Source: a bacterium
GTDB taxonomy: Bacteria > Patescibacteriota > Minisyncoccia > Phycocordibacterales > JAKAEA01
DNA: 54,021 nt
Reading direction: 5' to 3'
NCBI GenBank assembly: GCA_021785065.1
Contig: JAJYGQ010000019.1
Location: 1-54,021, forward strand
Under the pieces are notes generated by a model. The model was given only the letters and a program-made list of their open reading frames with translations, ran no database searches and had not been told where the DNA came from. The position numbers and the translations under genes are program-made. Positions 8,400-17,964 of this stretch are shown here, one piece after another (position 1 is the first letter of the stretch; each line of letters starts with the position of its first letter).

Positions 8400-8420
8400 A
8401 GTGTATTTTGCTTATTTAAA

Positions 8421-8440
8421 AGTATATCATATATGCTATA
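8421..8440 (-). promoter_or_regulatory. Extended -10 overlapped by an 18-bp near-perfect palindrome (candidate HTH-MurA operator)
   Basis: TATATCATA/TATGCTATA (one mismatch, 8423-8440); TGaTATACT on the minus strand. Confidence 0.5.
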
Positions 8441-8462
8441 TATAGTTATCCACGTGGTTGTA

Positions 8463-8491
8463 TTGACAATGACACGTAAAATGAGTATTGT
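8463..8491 (+). promoter_or_regulatory. Sigma70 promoter of the ACP-like gene
   Basis: TTGACA-17 nt-TATTGT. Confidence 0.6.
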
Positions 8492-8551
8492 GAGTTCTGG
8501 ATTCGTCGGAAACTTGTCCTTTGTTTATGTCTATTTTTAAGGAGACATGCA

Positions 8552-8878
8552 ATGAGTGTGGTAACAGAATCTGTGCGATCACATGAAGCTGAAACTGTCT
8601 TACAGAGGGTTATTAAAATTCTCTGCAAGATGGCTGATTTTTCTCCAGAACAAGTTCAAACAGAAACTGTTCTGGATAGACCGATCAGTGCTGAGCCTTT
8701 TTGTATTGGTGCCGGCCGCGTGGGTTCGGGAGAGTTTTTGGAGCTCAACAGTGCCTTAGCGACGGAGTTCAGTATTCCCGAACTAACAACAGATGAACTC
8801 AATGGGCTTCGGGGTAAGAACATAACGATTCGTGAACTCACCCTGCTTGTGCAAGGGCGAATGAGTGGTGTGATGTAA
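8552..8878 (+). CDS. Divergent acyl-carrier-protein-like protein
   Basis: AAGGAG SD, own promoter and terminator. VLQRVIKIL...SPEQVQTETVL...VGSGEFLELNSALATEFSI...TIRELTLLV follows the ACP helix pattern. Confidence 0.55.
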   Translation: MSVVTESVRSHEAETVLQRVIKILCKMADFSPEQVQTETVLDRPISAEPFCIGAGRVGSGEFLELNSALATEFSIPELTTDELNGLRGKNITIRELTLLVQGRMSGVM

Positions 8879-8894
8879 ACTGTGACGTACAAAT

Positions 8895-8922
8895 AAGCCG
8901 GCTCAATGGTGGGCCGGCTTTT
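8895..8922 (+). terminator. Intrinsic terminator
   Basis: AAGCCGGC/GCCGGCTT stem followed by a T-tract. Confidence 0.7.
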
Positions 8923-8964
8923 CCTATATTGTAAATTTTTAAGAATCCCGTATGATGGTCGGGT

Positions 8965-9978
8965 ATGGCATTCTTTTCTAAAAAACTCGGTATCGACCTG
9001 GGTACGACAAACACCCTTGTGTTTGTGCCGGGGCGCGGCATCATTCTCAATGAGCCGTCAGTGGTGGCAGTGTCGGAACAAGATAACGCTATTTTGGCGG
9101 TGGGGGCTGAAGCGAAGGCGATGATTGGCCGAACGCCCGATAACGTCATTGCCTATCGACCGATGCGCGACGGAGTCATTGCTGATTATCGCGTTACCGA
9201 AGCGATGCTGCGCTATTTTATTGGCAAGGCACTCGGGCGTTGGGGTTTTGTGCGGCCGGATGTTTTGGTGAGCGTGCCGGCGGGTATCACTTCAACTGAG
9301 CGGCGCGCGGTAGTGGAAGCGGCAGTGAAAGCGGGCGCAAAAAATGCGTACGTTGTCAAAGAGCCGATTCTTGCTGCTATTGGTGCCGGTATTCCTATTC
9401 AAGAGCCGATGGGGCAGATGATCGTGGATATTGGTGGTGGTACCACTGACGTGGCGGTGATATCGCTCGGTGGTATTGTCGCGTGCACTTCAGTGAAAGT
9501 GGCGGGCACAAAAATTGATGGAGCAATTATCGACTATCTGAAGAAAAATTTTAATCTTGCTATTGGCGACAAAACTGCCGAGGATGTAAAAATTACCATT
9601 GGCTCGGCTATTCCTATTGAAGAAGAATTGATGATGACCGTGAAGGGGCGCGATTTTGTCACGGGCCTGCCACGCTCCATCGAACTTAAAACAAATGAAA
9701 TTGTAAAAGCAATTGATAAAGAGTTGGTGGAAATGATCGGCGCTATTAAAACAGTCTTGCAAGAAACACCACCTGAACTGGCGTCGGATATTATTGATAA
9801 TGGTATTATTATGACGGGCGGTTCGTCGCAACTGCGACATTTACCAGAACTTGTCTTTCGCCGCACGGGGGTGAAGGCGGTGCTTGCCGATGAAGCGCTC
9901 TTTTGCGTTGCTAAAGGTACAGGACTTGCCCTTGAACATCTCGATGTCTATAAAAAAAGTATTATTGCAAAACGGTAA
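8965..9978 (+). CDS. mreB: Rod shape-determining protein MreB (copy 1)
   Basis: IDLGTTNT, NEPSVVA, DIGGGTTD and TGG motifs. Confidence 0.96.
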   Translation: MAFFSKKLGIDLGTTNTLVFVPGRGIILNEPSVVAVSEQDNAILAVGAEAKAMIGRTPDNVIAYRPMRDGVIADYRVTEAMLRYFIGKALGRWGFVRPDVLVSVPAGITSTERRAVVEAAVKAGAKNAYVVKEPILAAIGAGIPIQEPMGQMIVDIGGGTTDVAVISLGGIVACTSVKVAGTKIDGAIIDYLKKNFNLAIGDKTAEDVKITIGSAIPIEEELMMTVKGRDFVTGLPRSIELKTNEIVKAIDKELVEMIGAIKTVLQETPPELASDIIDNGIIMTGGSSQLRHLPELVFRRTGVKAVLADEALFCVAKGTGLALEHLDVYKKSIIAKR

Positions 9979-9993
9979 AGGGGTTTGGCAAAT

Positions 9994-10695
9994 ATGAGTA
10001 AAAACCATACACAGGAAACACTCGATGCGGTTTTTTCGTCTGGCGAATTACACCACGCTTATTTATTAGAGGGTGGACCAACGTTGGTAGCATCGTTGCG
10101 TCAGCATATAGAGGACACCTACTCCATTACTACAAAAAACAATCCCGATTTTCACCACTTGCATGTAGATACTTTTACCATTGATGATGCGCGGCGTTTA
10201 GCTGAGGCTCAGGCGACCAGAGCTCTGGGGTCAACACTCAAAAAATTTTTTATTATAGAAGCGGCCTCAGTGACTATTGAAGCTCAAAATGCGTTACTTA
10301 AAATACTGGAAGAACCTACGGCTGGTACGCACTTCTTTTTTATCCTGCCGTCGCGCTGGCTAATGCTTCCTACGGTGTTGTCGCGTTTGCAGGTAGTGGG
10401 GACAGGTATTGCGGGTTCTACCACCGCTTCGTCACCAATTTCTGCTAAGGTTTTTTTGGCAGCAGCGCCGGCGGAGCGGCTTACTATGATTAAGACGATA
10501 CTAGATGAAAAAGATACAGGGGCGGCTATGGCCTTTGTGGATAGTCTTATTGAGCATATACATCGTGGAGATGCTCCTCAAAAACATACACTCCTGACTG
10601 AGCTGCTCTCTGTTCGGCAATATCTCGGTGATCGGGCGGCGTCGCTTAAACTTATCCTCGAGCATCTAGCGCTTAGTATCCCGCCTCTGATATAA
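9994..10695 (+). CDS. holB: DNA polymerase III delta-prime-like subunit (reduced)
   Basis: LHHAYLLEG, EAQNALLKILEEP and LPTVLSR; lacks a clear Walker A and the Zn finger. Confidence 0.8.
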   Translation: MSKNHTQETLDAVFSSGELHHAYLLEGGPTLVASLRQHIEDTYSITTKNNPDFHHLHVDTFTIDDARRLAEAQATRALGSTLKKFFIIEAASVTIEAQNALLKILEEPTAGTHFFFILPSRWLMLPTVLSRLQVVGTGIAGSTTASSPISAKVFLAAAPAERLTMIKTILDEKDTGAAMAFVDSLIEHIHRGDAPQKHTLLTELLSVRQYLGDRAASLKLILEHLALSIPPLI

Positions 10696-10702
10696 TTCCA
10701 GT

Positions 10703-11254
10703 ATGAATTACGATTTCACTACACTTAAAAAGAAAACCCGTGACATTGATGAGTGGCTTAAAAAAGAGCTGTCACAAGTTCGCACGGGACGAGCAACACC
10801 AGCATTGCTCGACGGTATTAGCGCCGAAGCCTATGGAGCAAAAACACCTCTACAGCAATTAGCTAATATTACCCTTGAAGGTCCACGAATGCTGCGAGTC
10901 AATGTATGGGATAGTGGACAAATTAAAGCGGTAGAAAAAGCGATTGGCGCTGCCAATCTTGGTGTGGGAGTAGCGGTTGATGAACGAGGTGTACGGGTAA
11001 CCTTTCCTGAATTAACAAGCGAGCGGCGTCAGCAGGTTTTAAAAATCGCCAAGGAGCGTCTCGAGCAGGCGCGCGTGTCGCTTCGTAAACTGCGCGATGA
11101 AACCTGGGCTGATATTCAATCTCGCGAAAAAGAAGGCGGTATGAGTGAAGATGAAAAATTTCGCTTTAAGAACGACATGGAAAAAATTATTCAAGAAACA
11201 GGGAAAATGTTCGATACCCAATTTGAAAAGAAGGAGCAGGAAATTAGTGGATAA
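10703..11254 (+). CDS. frr: Ribosome recycling factor
   Basis: RTGRATPALLD, PELTSERR and SEDE motifs. Confidence 0.96.
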   Translation: MNYDFTTLKKKTRDIDEWLKKELSQVRTGRATPALLDGISAEAYGAKTPLQQLANITLEGPRMLRVNVWDSGQIKAVEKAIGAANLGVGVAVDERGVRVTFPELTSERRQQVLKIAKERLEQARVSLRKLRDETWADIQSREKEGGMSEDEKFRFKNDMEKIIQETGKMFDTQFEKKEQEISG

Positions 11255-11265
11255 TGTAAGCGCGT

Positions 11266-12378
11266 ATGAGTATTCTCTTAACCGCTCTGATTTTCATCGT
11301 TATTTTAGCGGCTCTCGTGCTCGTGCATGAGCTCGGACATTTTCTAGTGGCAAAGTGGTCGGGTATCCGAGTGGATGAATTTGGTTTAGGGTTTCCGCCG
11401 CGGCTTGCTCACTGGCGTCCGCGCGGTAGCGAGACAACGTATTCGCTGAACGCTATTCCTTTTGGTGGTTTCGTAAAAATTTTTGGTGAGACGGGGGAGG
11501 GTGCCGATGAGACTACGGCGCCAGCTGACCGTACTCGTAGTTTTATTGCTAAGCCGGCACGTATCCAAATCGCGGTATTAGCGGCAGGTATCGTGTTCAA
11601 TCTTATTTTTGCGTGGCTACTGGTGTCGACTGGTTTTATGATTGGTTTACCGGTGCCTACTGACTATGCTACGAATGCTCACCTCACTAATATCCAGTCA
11701 ACGATTACGTCGGTTGATCCTGGGTCGCCGGCGGCCGCGGCAGGACTACAAACGGGGGATCAGATTGTGGGCGTGACGGCAGGTACGACGGTCGGCGGAG
11801 TTACGATTAGTGATATTCAAAAATTCACCGCCGATCATCAAGGTCAGGCCATTACTATTACCTATCGTCGGGGGTCAACGCTTGCCCACACCACGCTTAC
11901 GCCAAAATTTAATGCCAGTATTAATAGAGCAGTGATCGGTGTGTCGCTTGAAAGTATTGGTTTTTTGCAACTCGGATTCTTTTCGGCGCTCGGTCATGGT
12001 GCGACGCTCACCTGGTCGCTCATTCAGGAAACAGCCGTTGGTCTCGGCCAATTTTTCGGACATCTTTTTGTGGGGAAGGCAAACTTGGCCGATGTAGCGG
12101 GGCCAGTGGGTATTGCTAATCTCGTTGGTCAGGCGACAGCTCTCGGCGCGGTGTACGTTATTTCGTTTACAGCGATTATTTCTATTAACTTAGCGCTCAT
12201 TAACCTCATCCCGTTTCCCGCGCTTGATGGTGGTCGTATTCTTTTTGTTTTAATAGAGAAACTAAAAGGCTCGCCGATAAAGCCGGCGATAGGTAACACG
12301 GTGAACACAGTTGGTTTCGCTCTCCTCATTTTACTGATGCTTTTTGTAACGTATCACGACATCTTGCGGCTGATATAG
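11266..12378 (+). CDS. rseP: RIP metalloprotease RseP (M50, PDZ)
   Basis: HELGH, GFPP and NLIPFPALDGG motifs; PDZ segment. Confidence 0.93.
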   Translation: MSILLTALIFIVILAALVLVHELGHFLVAKWSGIRVDEFGLGFPPRLAHWRPRGSETTYSLNAIPFGGFVKIFGETGEGADETTAPADRTRSFIAKPARIQIAVLAAGIVFNLIFAWLLVSTGFMIGLPVPTDYATNAHLTNIQSTITSVDPGSPAAAAGLQTGDQIVGVTAGTTVGGVTISDIQKFTADHQGQAITITYRRGSTLAHTTLTPKFNASINRAVIGVSLESIGFLQLGFFSALGHGATLTWSLIQETAVGLGQFFGHLFVGKANLADVAGPVGIANLVGQATALGAVYVISFTAIISINLALINLIPFPALDGGRILFVLIEKLKGSPIKPAIGNTVNTVGFALLILLMLFVTYHDILRLI

Positions 12379-12419
12379 ATTTTACATTACAGGCTTCTTT
12401 GCTACACTAGGAGAAAACT

Positions 12420-13676
12420 ATGCGCCAATCGGAACTTTTTACTACGACTCGTCGCGAAGCGCCCACTGATGAAGTAGCGCGCAATGCCCAGCTACTTATT
12501 CGGGCCGGCTATATTCATAAAGAAATGGCGGGTGTGTATTCATATTTGCCGTTAGGGTTGCGGGTGTTAGAAAATATCGTGCGGATTATTCGCGAAGAAA
12601 TGCAAGCGATTGGCGGTCAAGAAGTTTCGTTGCCAGCACTGCAAGATCGACTGGTGTGGCAAAAATCGGGACGTTGGTCGGATGAGGTGGTGGATGTGTG
12701 GTTTAAAACGGCGCTCAAAAATGGTGCGGAATTAGGTCTTAGTTTTACGCACGAAGAACCGCTCACCGCACTCATGACCGACTACGTACATTCGTATCGT
12801 GATTTGCCGCGGGCAGTGTATCAGTTTCAGACAAAATTTCGCAATGAGACGCGCGCTAAAAGCGGTATCATGCGCGGCCGAGAATTTTTAATGAAAGACC
12901 TCTACTCGTTTTCGCGCGATACCGTCGAGCATGAAAAATTTTACGAACGAGCAAAACAAGCATACCAGAATATTTTTGAGCGGGTGGGTTTGGGCGCCAC
13001 AACCTATCTTACCTACGCTTCGGGTGGTACCTTTTCAAAATACTCGCATGAATTTCAAACACTCTGTGCAACGGGTGAAGATACTATCTACGTGTGCGAA
13101 AAATGTCACGTAGCGGTTAATCAAGAAATTATTGACGATCTACAGCATGCCTGTCCACAATGCGGGGCCAAGGATGTACGATCAGCAACGGCTGTTGAAG
13201 TAGGCAATATTTTTAGCTTAGGAACAAAATTTTCTGAAGCATTCAACCTTTCGTATCTTGATGAACAAGGAGCTTCGCGGTTAGTAGTTATGGGTAGTTA
13301 TGGTATTGGGCCAGGACGGGTGATGGGGACGATCGTAGAGACGCTCTCAGATGAAAAGGGTATTGTATGGCCTAAAACAATAGCACCTTATGCACTCCAC
13401 CTTGTTGTTTTAGGAGGAAGGGGTGCGGAAACGGCTGCGGTGCTTGCTGCTGCCGATCAGCTCTACACAACGCTGACCGCGCGCGGCGTTGCGGTGCTCT
13501 ACGATGATCGCGATGTGCAGGCGGGAGAAAAATTTGCTGATGCTGACTTGCTTGGTATTCCACTGCGCGCGGTTGTGAGCGCAAAGACGCTTGCTCAGAA
13601 AAAAATAGAAATCTACGATCGCAGTACTGATGAAAAGAAAATGATCGACGAAAGAGAAATCCACACCTTGCTCTGA
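12420..13676 (+). CDS. proS: Proline--tRNA ligase (short form, no editing insertion)
   Basis: LLIRAGYI, THEE, KFRNETRAKSGIMRGREFLMKDLYSF, YGIGPGR. Confidence 0.95.
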   Translation: MRQSELFTTTRREAPTDEVARNAQLLIRAGYIHKEMAGVYSYLPLGLRVLENIVRIIREEMQAIGGQEVSLPALQDRLVWQKSGRWSDEVVDVWFKTALKNGAELGLSFTHEEPLTALMTDYVHSYRDLPRAVYQFQTKFRNETRAKSGIMRGREFLMKDLYSFSRDTVEHEKFYERAKQAYQNIFERVGLGATTYLTYASGGTFSKYSHEFQTLCATGEDTIYVCEKCHVAVNQEIIDDLQHACPQCGAKDVRSATAVEVGNIFSLGTKFSEAFNLSYLDEQGASRLVVMGSYGIGPGRVMGTIVETLSDEKGIVWPKTIAPYALHLVVLGGRGAETAAVLAAADQLYTTLTARGVAVLYDDRDVQAGEKFADADLLGIPLRAVVSAKTLAQKKIEIYDRSTDEKKMIDEREIHTLL

Positions 13677-13778
13677 TTTTTTCTTTACAGACGGTACACT
13701 ATTCTTCTACAATGAGGAAAGGCCTAAGGAGCTCGTCACTCCAAACAGTCTTTAATCTCATAACCTTCGTTCGAATAC

Positions 13779-13862
13779 ATGGCAACTAAAAAGCGCGCAA
13801 AGAAGAAGAGTTCCTCCAAGAAAAGCAAGAAGACGACAACCCGCCGTAAGAAACGCCGATAG
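13779..13862 (+). CDS. 27-aa Lys/Arg-rich protamine/histone-tail-like peptide
   Basis: MATKKRAKKKSSSKKSKKTTTRRKKRR*; promoter TTTACA-18-TACAAT at 13684-13713 and a terminator downstream. Confidence 0.7.
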   Translation: MATKKRAKKKSSSKKSKKTTTRRKKRR

Positions 13863-13897
13863 GTTGATGCAGAAAGTTTTATGCCTATAGACTTTCT

Positions 13898-13927
13898 CTA
13901 AAAAATTCCCTCCGGGGAATTTTTTAG
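13898..13927. terminator. Bidirectional intrinsic terminator
   Basis: Perfect 13-bp inverted repeat CTAAAAAATTCCC/GGGAATTTTTTAG. Confidence 0.8.
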
Positions 13928-13956
13928 TTGACGGGCGTTTCATTTTGCCTTACAGT
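13928..13956 (+). promoter_or_regulatory. Promoter of the mreB-mreC-mrdA operon
   Basis: TTGACG-17 nt-TACAGT. Confidence 0.55.
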
Positions 13957-13979
13957 TGAGCCACTAAACTTTTATTGTT

Positions 13980-15083
13980 ATGCCACTACGTCGCAACATT
14001 CGCTCAATGCTTTCTAATGATGTCGGGATTGATTTAGGTACCGCTAATACGTTGGTATATATACGTGGACAGGGGATTGTGGTGAACGAGCCGTCGGTGG
14101 TCGCGGTTAATCAAAAGACCGGCACGGTGGTGGCAGTAGGAGCCCAAGCTAAAGATATGCTCGGAAGAACACCGCAACATATCACGGCTGTCAAACCAAT
14201 TATTGAAGGTGTCATTTCTGACTTTGAAGTGACTGAAGAAATGATGCGTTATCTCTTGAACCGCGCACAGCGCGATGTGCGAAAATTTTTTGGGCCACGA
14301 GTAGTGGTGGGCGTGCCGTCGGGTATTACGAATGTGGAAACACGGGCAGTGCGTGACGCTACGATTTCTGCTGGCGCGCGTGAGGTACATATTATAGAAG
14401 AGCCAATGGCCGCGGCTATCGGCATTCGGTTACCGGTGTTGGAGCCGGTAGGCAATATGATTATAGACATCGGTGGCGGCACAACCGACATTGCTGTTAT
14501 CTCTCTCGGCGGTATCGTGGTGTCAAAAAATCTTAAAGTTGCCGGCGATCGTCTTAACAGTGACATCATTAATTATATTCGTAATGAATTTAAAATTTTA
14601 ATTGGTGAAAAAACCGCTGAATACATTAAGTTGGCTATTGGATCGGTAACGGCGCCAGGAACAGGGGGGCGACCGACAGATCCTCTCACTGACCCGGTTC
14701 CGGAATCACTTGAAGCTGTTATTCGCGGCCGAGATTTGGTGACGGGGTTGCCCCGCGAGGTGGTAGTTACTGATGCGGATATTCGTGAAGCCACCCGTCA
14801 ATCTATTGAAACTCTTGTAGAAGCTGCGAAAGAGACGCTTGAAATGACTCCGCCAGAAATTATTGCCGACGTGATGCATCGCGGTGTCTATGTTACCGGT
14901 GGTGGCGCTCTATTTCGTGGCTTGGCTGATTTGCTCCATGAACACTTAAAAATTCCTGTTATTGTTGCCGACGACCCATTGAGTGCCGTGGCTCGTGGTA
15001 CCGGTGTTGTCTTAGAAGATCTGCCGCGTTTTGCTGACGTGCTTATTAAAAACGACGATGCGCTTCCGTCTGCCCACTTCTAA
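13980..15083 (+). CDS. mreB: Rod shape-determining protein MreB (copy 2)
   Basis: IDLGTANT, EEPMAAAIG and DIGGGTTD; upstream of mreC. Confidence 0.96.
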   Translation: MPLRRNIRSMLSNDVGIDLGTANTLVYIRGQGIVVNEPSVVAVNQKTGTVVAVGAQAKDMLGRTPQHITAVKPIIEGVISDFEVTEEMMRYLLNRAQRDVRKFFGPRVVVGVPSGITNVETRAVRDATISAGAREVHIIEEPMAAAIGIRLPVLEPVGNMIIDIGGGTTDIAVISLGGIVVSKNLKVAGDRLNSDIINYIRNEFKILIGEKTAEYIKLAIGSVTAPGTGGRPTDPLTDPVPESLEAVIRGRDLVTGLPREVVVTDADIREATRQSIETLVEAAKETLEMTPPEIIADVMHRGVYVTGGGALFRGLADLLHEHLKIPVIVADDPLSAVARGTGVVLEDLPRFADVLIKNDDALPSAHF

Positions 15084-15927
15084 TTTTCGTCGACCAGGTT
15101 CTGGTCGATTGGGTCGGTCATTTCGTCAATCAACCTGGCGCGCCACTCTCGGTGTACTCGTATTTCTCATCGTCGTACTCCTGGCCGCACGTTTTACGCC
15201 ACACGTGTTAGCTACGCCTGCTCAGGCTATTGCGCAGCCATTTGTTGCGGTGCGAAATGCTATAGCGACAGGGTTTACTACAACGATTGATTTCTTTCAA
15301 AGTAAAGAAAGTTTACTTGCGCAGAATGCCGCTCTCGAAAAAGATGCAACCCTCTATGGGGCTGTTGTTGCTGAGCGGGATTACTTTATTAATCAAGTTA
15401 ATGAGTTGCAGGCTCTGCTAGGACATAGCAGCTCATCGACGCCCGAGAAATTTGTTTCGGCACAGGTATTTTCTAAACCAGGTTTTTCTCCTTACGATAC
15501 AATGCTCGTTGCTGCAGGTAGTAATCAGGGGGTTGCGACGGGCGACTTAGTTTTTGCCGACCCGCATGCACTCATCGGATACGTGAGCTCAGTATCGTTG
15601 ACTGCAGCAACAGTGACTGCGTATTCTACACCTGGACAACAGCTTAATGTTTTAATTGGCTCCTCATCACTAGAGGAGGCAGCGAGTGGTTTGGGCGGTG
15701 GCACCTTAGAGGTGCGTTTGCCTCGCAATTCGCCAGTGGCGATCGGTGATATTGTCACCGCGGCTGGTTTGCCAACGGGATCTATTGTTGGTCAAGTAGC
15801 AGTTGCTACTGCCGCTCCCGCTGATCCTTATGAACGTGTACTCTTCACCTCACCACTTAACATTTTTGATCTTTCTTATGTTTTCATTAAAACCAATTCC
15901 GCCAACCATGGTATTCTTAAAAAATAA
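15058..15927 (+). CDS. mreC: Rod shape-determining protein MreC
   Basis: TM helix, coiled coil and beta domain (AGSNQGV, GDIVT, PYERV); synteny with mreB. Confidence 0.85.
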   Translation: MRFRLPTSNFRRPGSGRLGRSFRQSTWRATLGVLVFLIVVLLAARFTPHVLATPAQAIAQPFVAVRNAIATGFTTTIDFFQSKESLLAQNAALEKDATLYGAVVAERDYFINQVNELQALLGHSSSSTPEKFVSAQVFSKPGFSPYDTMLVAAGSNQGVATGDLVFADPHALIGYVSSVSLTAATVTAYSTPGQQLNVLIGSSSLEEAASGLGGGTLEVRLPRNSPVAIGDIVTAAGLPTGSIVGQVAVATAAPADPYERVLFTSPLNIFDLSYVFIKTNSANHGILKK

Positions 15928-16183
15928 ACGTTGGCTTGTTGATGTTGCAGTATTTATATTAGCTTTTGTGGCTCCGTGGTGGTTATCGTATTTGGTCGCG
16001 TTGGGAGGAGTTTTTTTATTCCGGCGATATGTTGAAATCGTCATTCTCGGCATACTGGTTGATGCGCTCTATAGCGGTCCGGTAGTTTGGTTCGGTAATT
16101 TTCCTTACACGATGACCTTGTTCTCACTCGTTATATTAATGTTGAGCACATATCTCAAGCCGTTTCTTCGTAGTACTATGTAG
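15908..16183 (+). CDS. Small membrane protein at the MreD position
   Basis: About three hydrophobic segments with a GILVDALY motif, between mreC and mrdA. Confidence 0.65.
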   Translation: MVFLKNKRWLVDVAVFILAFVAPWWLSYLVALGGVFLFRRYVEIVILGILVDALYSGPVVWFGNFPYTMTLFSLVILMLSTYLKPFLRSTM

Positions 16184-16188
16184 TTTTT

Positions 16189-17889
16189 ATGCGTTTTTTC
16201 AAGCACATACCACCTAAGCTGCACGATATCGATCCCGATCAAATTTTTCTTGATGCTTCAAATTTGCCTCATTTTGATCAGCATCAATTTGAAGGGCGAC
16301 TCGAGAAGCCTATTAATAAAAAAGTAACGTGGATCATCGGCCTTTTTGCTGTGGTTGTGGGTATTGTTTTTTCTGGTCAACTTTGGGATTTGCAAATCGT
16401 GCAAGGGGCTCAGTTCCGTCAGTTGGCCGAAAATAATAGTTTACATTCTTCAATTCTGTTTGCCCCGCGAGGAGTTATCTTTGATCGCAATGGTGTGCCG
16501 CTTGCGTGGAATAATGTGAACCCCAATAATCCCGAAGTGCCACTGCGAGAATACGCCACCTCAACTGGTCTCGGCTCGCTACTAGGGTATATAAAATATC
16601 CCACCAAAGATGCAAGTGGTGATTACTATCGTCAAGATTATATTGGTATCACTGGCGCGGAGAAATATTTCAACAGTGAATTGACTGGTCAGAATGGGAG
16701 TGAGTTAACAGAAGAAACTGCTCGGGGTGATGTTGTGTCTCGTAATGTTATTGAACCCCCGCAGCCGGGAAAAAACATCGCCCTCTCTATTGATAGTCGA
16801 GTGCAAGCAGAAATGTATAAAGCACTACAGGATATTGCTGCTAAGATTCAATCGCCAGGGGGCGCGGGTATGATTATCAATATTCATACTGGTGAAATGA
16901 TTGCGGCAGTGAGTTTTCCTACCTACAATCCACAAATAATGTCCGATGGCACCAACACTGTGGCCATTCACAATTATTTAACCGATCCCGCTACGCCATT
17001 GCTTGATCGGCTCTCCAACGGTCTCTATGCTCCAGGGTCTATCGTAAAGCCGGTGATGGCGATGGGGGCGCTCGATACTGGCACCGTTGCGGCGAGTACG
17101 ATTATTCAGACACACGGTTACATTACGGTACCCAACCCGTACGACCCAGCGATTATTTATCGGTTTAATGATTGGCGAAATAACGGTGCACTAGATATTG
17201 CCCACGCGATTGCGTTTTCGTCGGATGCTTATTTCTATATTGTTGGTGGTGGCTATCAAAATCAGAAGGGAATGGGCATTGCTAATATTGATAAATACGC
17301 ACATTTGTTCGGCTACGGTCAGTCGGTGCCGGGATTTTTTGCGGGACCATCCGGTATTGTTCCTTCACCAGCCTGGAAAGCGACGGCGTTTAAGAATGAT
17401 CCGTGGTCAATCGGTGATACGTATCACAGTGTGATTGGCCAATTTGGTTGGCAGGTAACACCAGTGCAGGTGCTGCGTGCCATTACAGCAATCGCCAACG
17501 ACGGCACACTTTTGACGCCAACGATTCTCAAGGGTGATACAAATGCGCTTAGTACTGCTGTGCATCTTAGCTTCCCGCAAAGTTACTATAAAGCGATTCA
17601 TTATGGTATGCGTTTATCGGCTACTATCGGTACGGGTAATGCGCTGAATGTAAGCTATGTACAATTTGCTACCAAAACCGGTACGGCGCAGCTTGGCGTC
17701 AATAATGATATGTCGAATTCCTGGACTGGCGGTTTTTGGCCGTATCAAAATCCTCAGTATGCCTTTGTAATGATGTTGGAGCGGCGCCCACGAAAATATG
17801 TCCTTGGTTCTTTTGATGCAGCGCGTGAGCTCTTCGATTGGATGGATCAACATACGCCAGAATATTTCGCGTCTACCACGGCAAGCTAG
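16189..17889 (+). CDS. mrdA: Penicillin-binding protein 2
   Basis: APRGVIFDRNG, SIVK, SSD and KTGTAQ. Confidence 0.9.
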   Translation: MRFFKHIPPKLHDIDPDQIFLDASNLPHFDQHQFEGRLEKPINKKVTWIIGLFAVVVGIVFSGQLWDLQIVQGAQFRQLAENNSLHSSILFAPRGVIFDRNGVPLAWNNVNPNNPEVPLREYATSTGLGSLLGYIKYPTKDASGDYYRQDYIGITGAEKYFNSELTGQNGSELTEETARGDVVSRNVIEPPQPGKNIALSIDSRVQAEMYKALQDIAAKIQSPGGAGMIINIHTGEMIAAVSFPTYNPQIMSDGTNTVAIHNYLTDPATPLLDRLSNGLYAPGSIVKPVMAMGALDTGTVAASTIIQTHGYITVPNPYDPAIIYRFNDWRNNGALDIAHAIAFSSDAYFYIVGGGYQNQKGMGIANIDKYAHLFGYGQSVPGFFAGPSGIVPSPAWKATAFKNDPWSIGDTYHSVIGQFGWQVTPVQVLRAITAIANDGTLLTPTILKGDTNALSTAVHLSFPQSYYKAIHYGMRLSATIGTGNALNVSYVQFATKTGTAQLGVNNDMSNSWTGGFWPYQNPQYAFVMMLERRPRKYVLGSFDAARELFDWMDQHTPEYFASTTAS

Positions 17890-17912
17890 TACAAGCTATA
17901 CCCAGAAGAGCA

Positions 17913-17941
17913 TTGACTTTTTGCCGTGTGTTGTGTACACT
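17913..17941 (+). promoter_or_regulatory. greA promoter
   Basis: TTGACT-17 nt-TACACT, with TG dinucleotides just upstream of the -10. Confidence 0.6.
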
Positions 17942-17964
17942 TACAGCCATTTTAATACCTTACT

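Noticed and set aside
13758-13943. 61-aa minus-strand ORF
   Set aside because: Antisense shadow of the basic peptide gene and its terminator.
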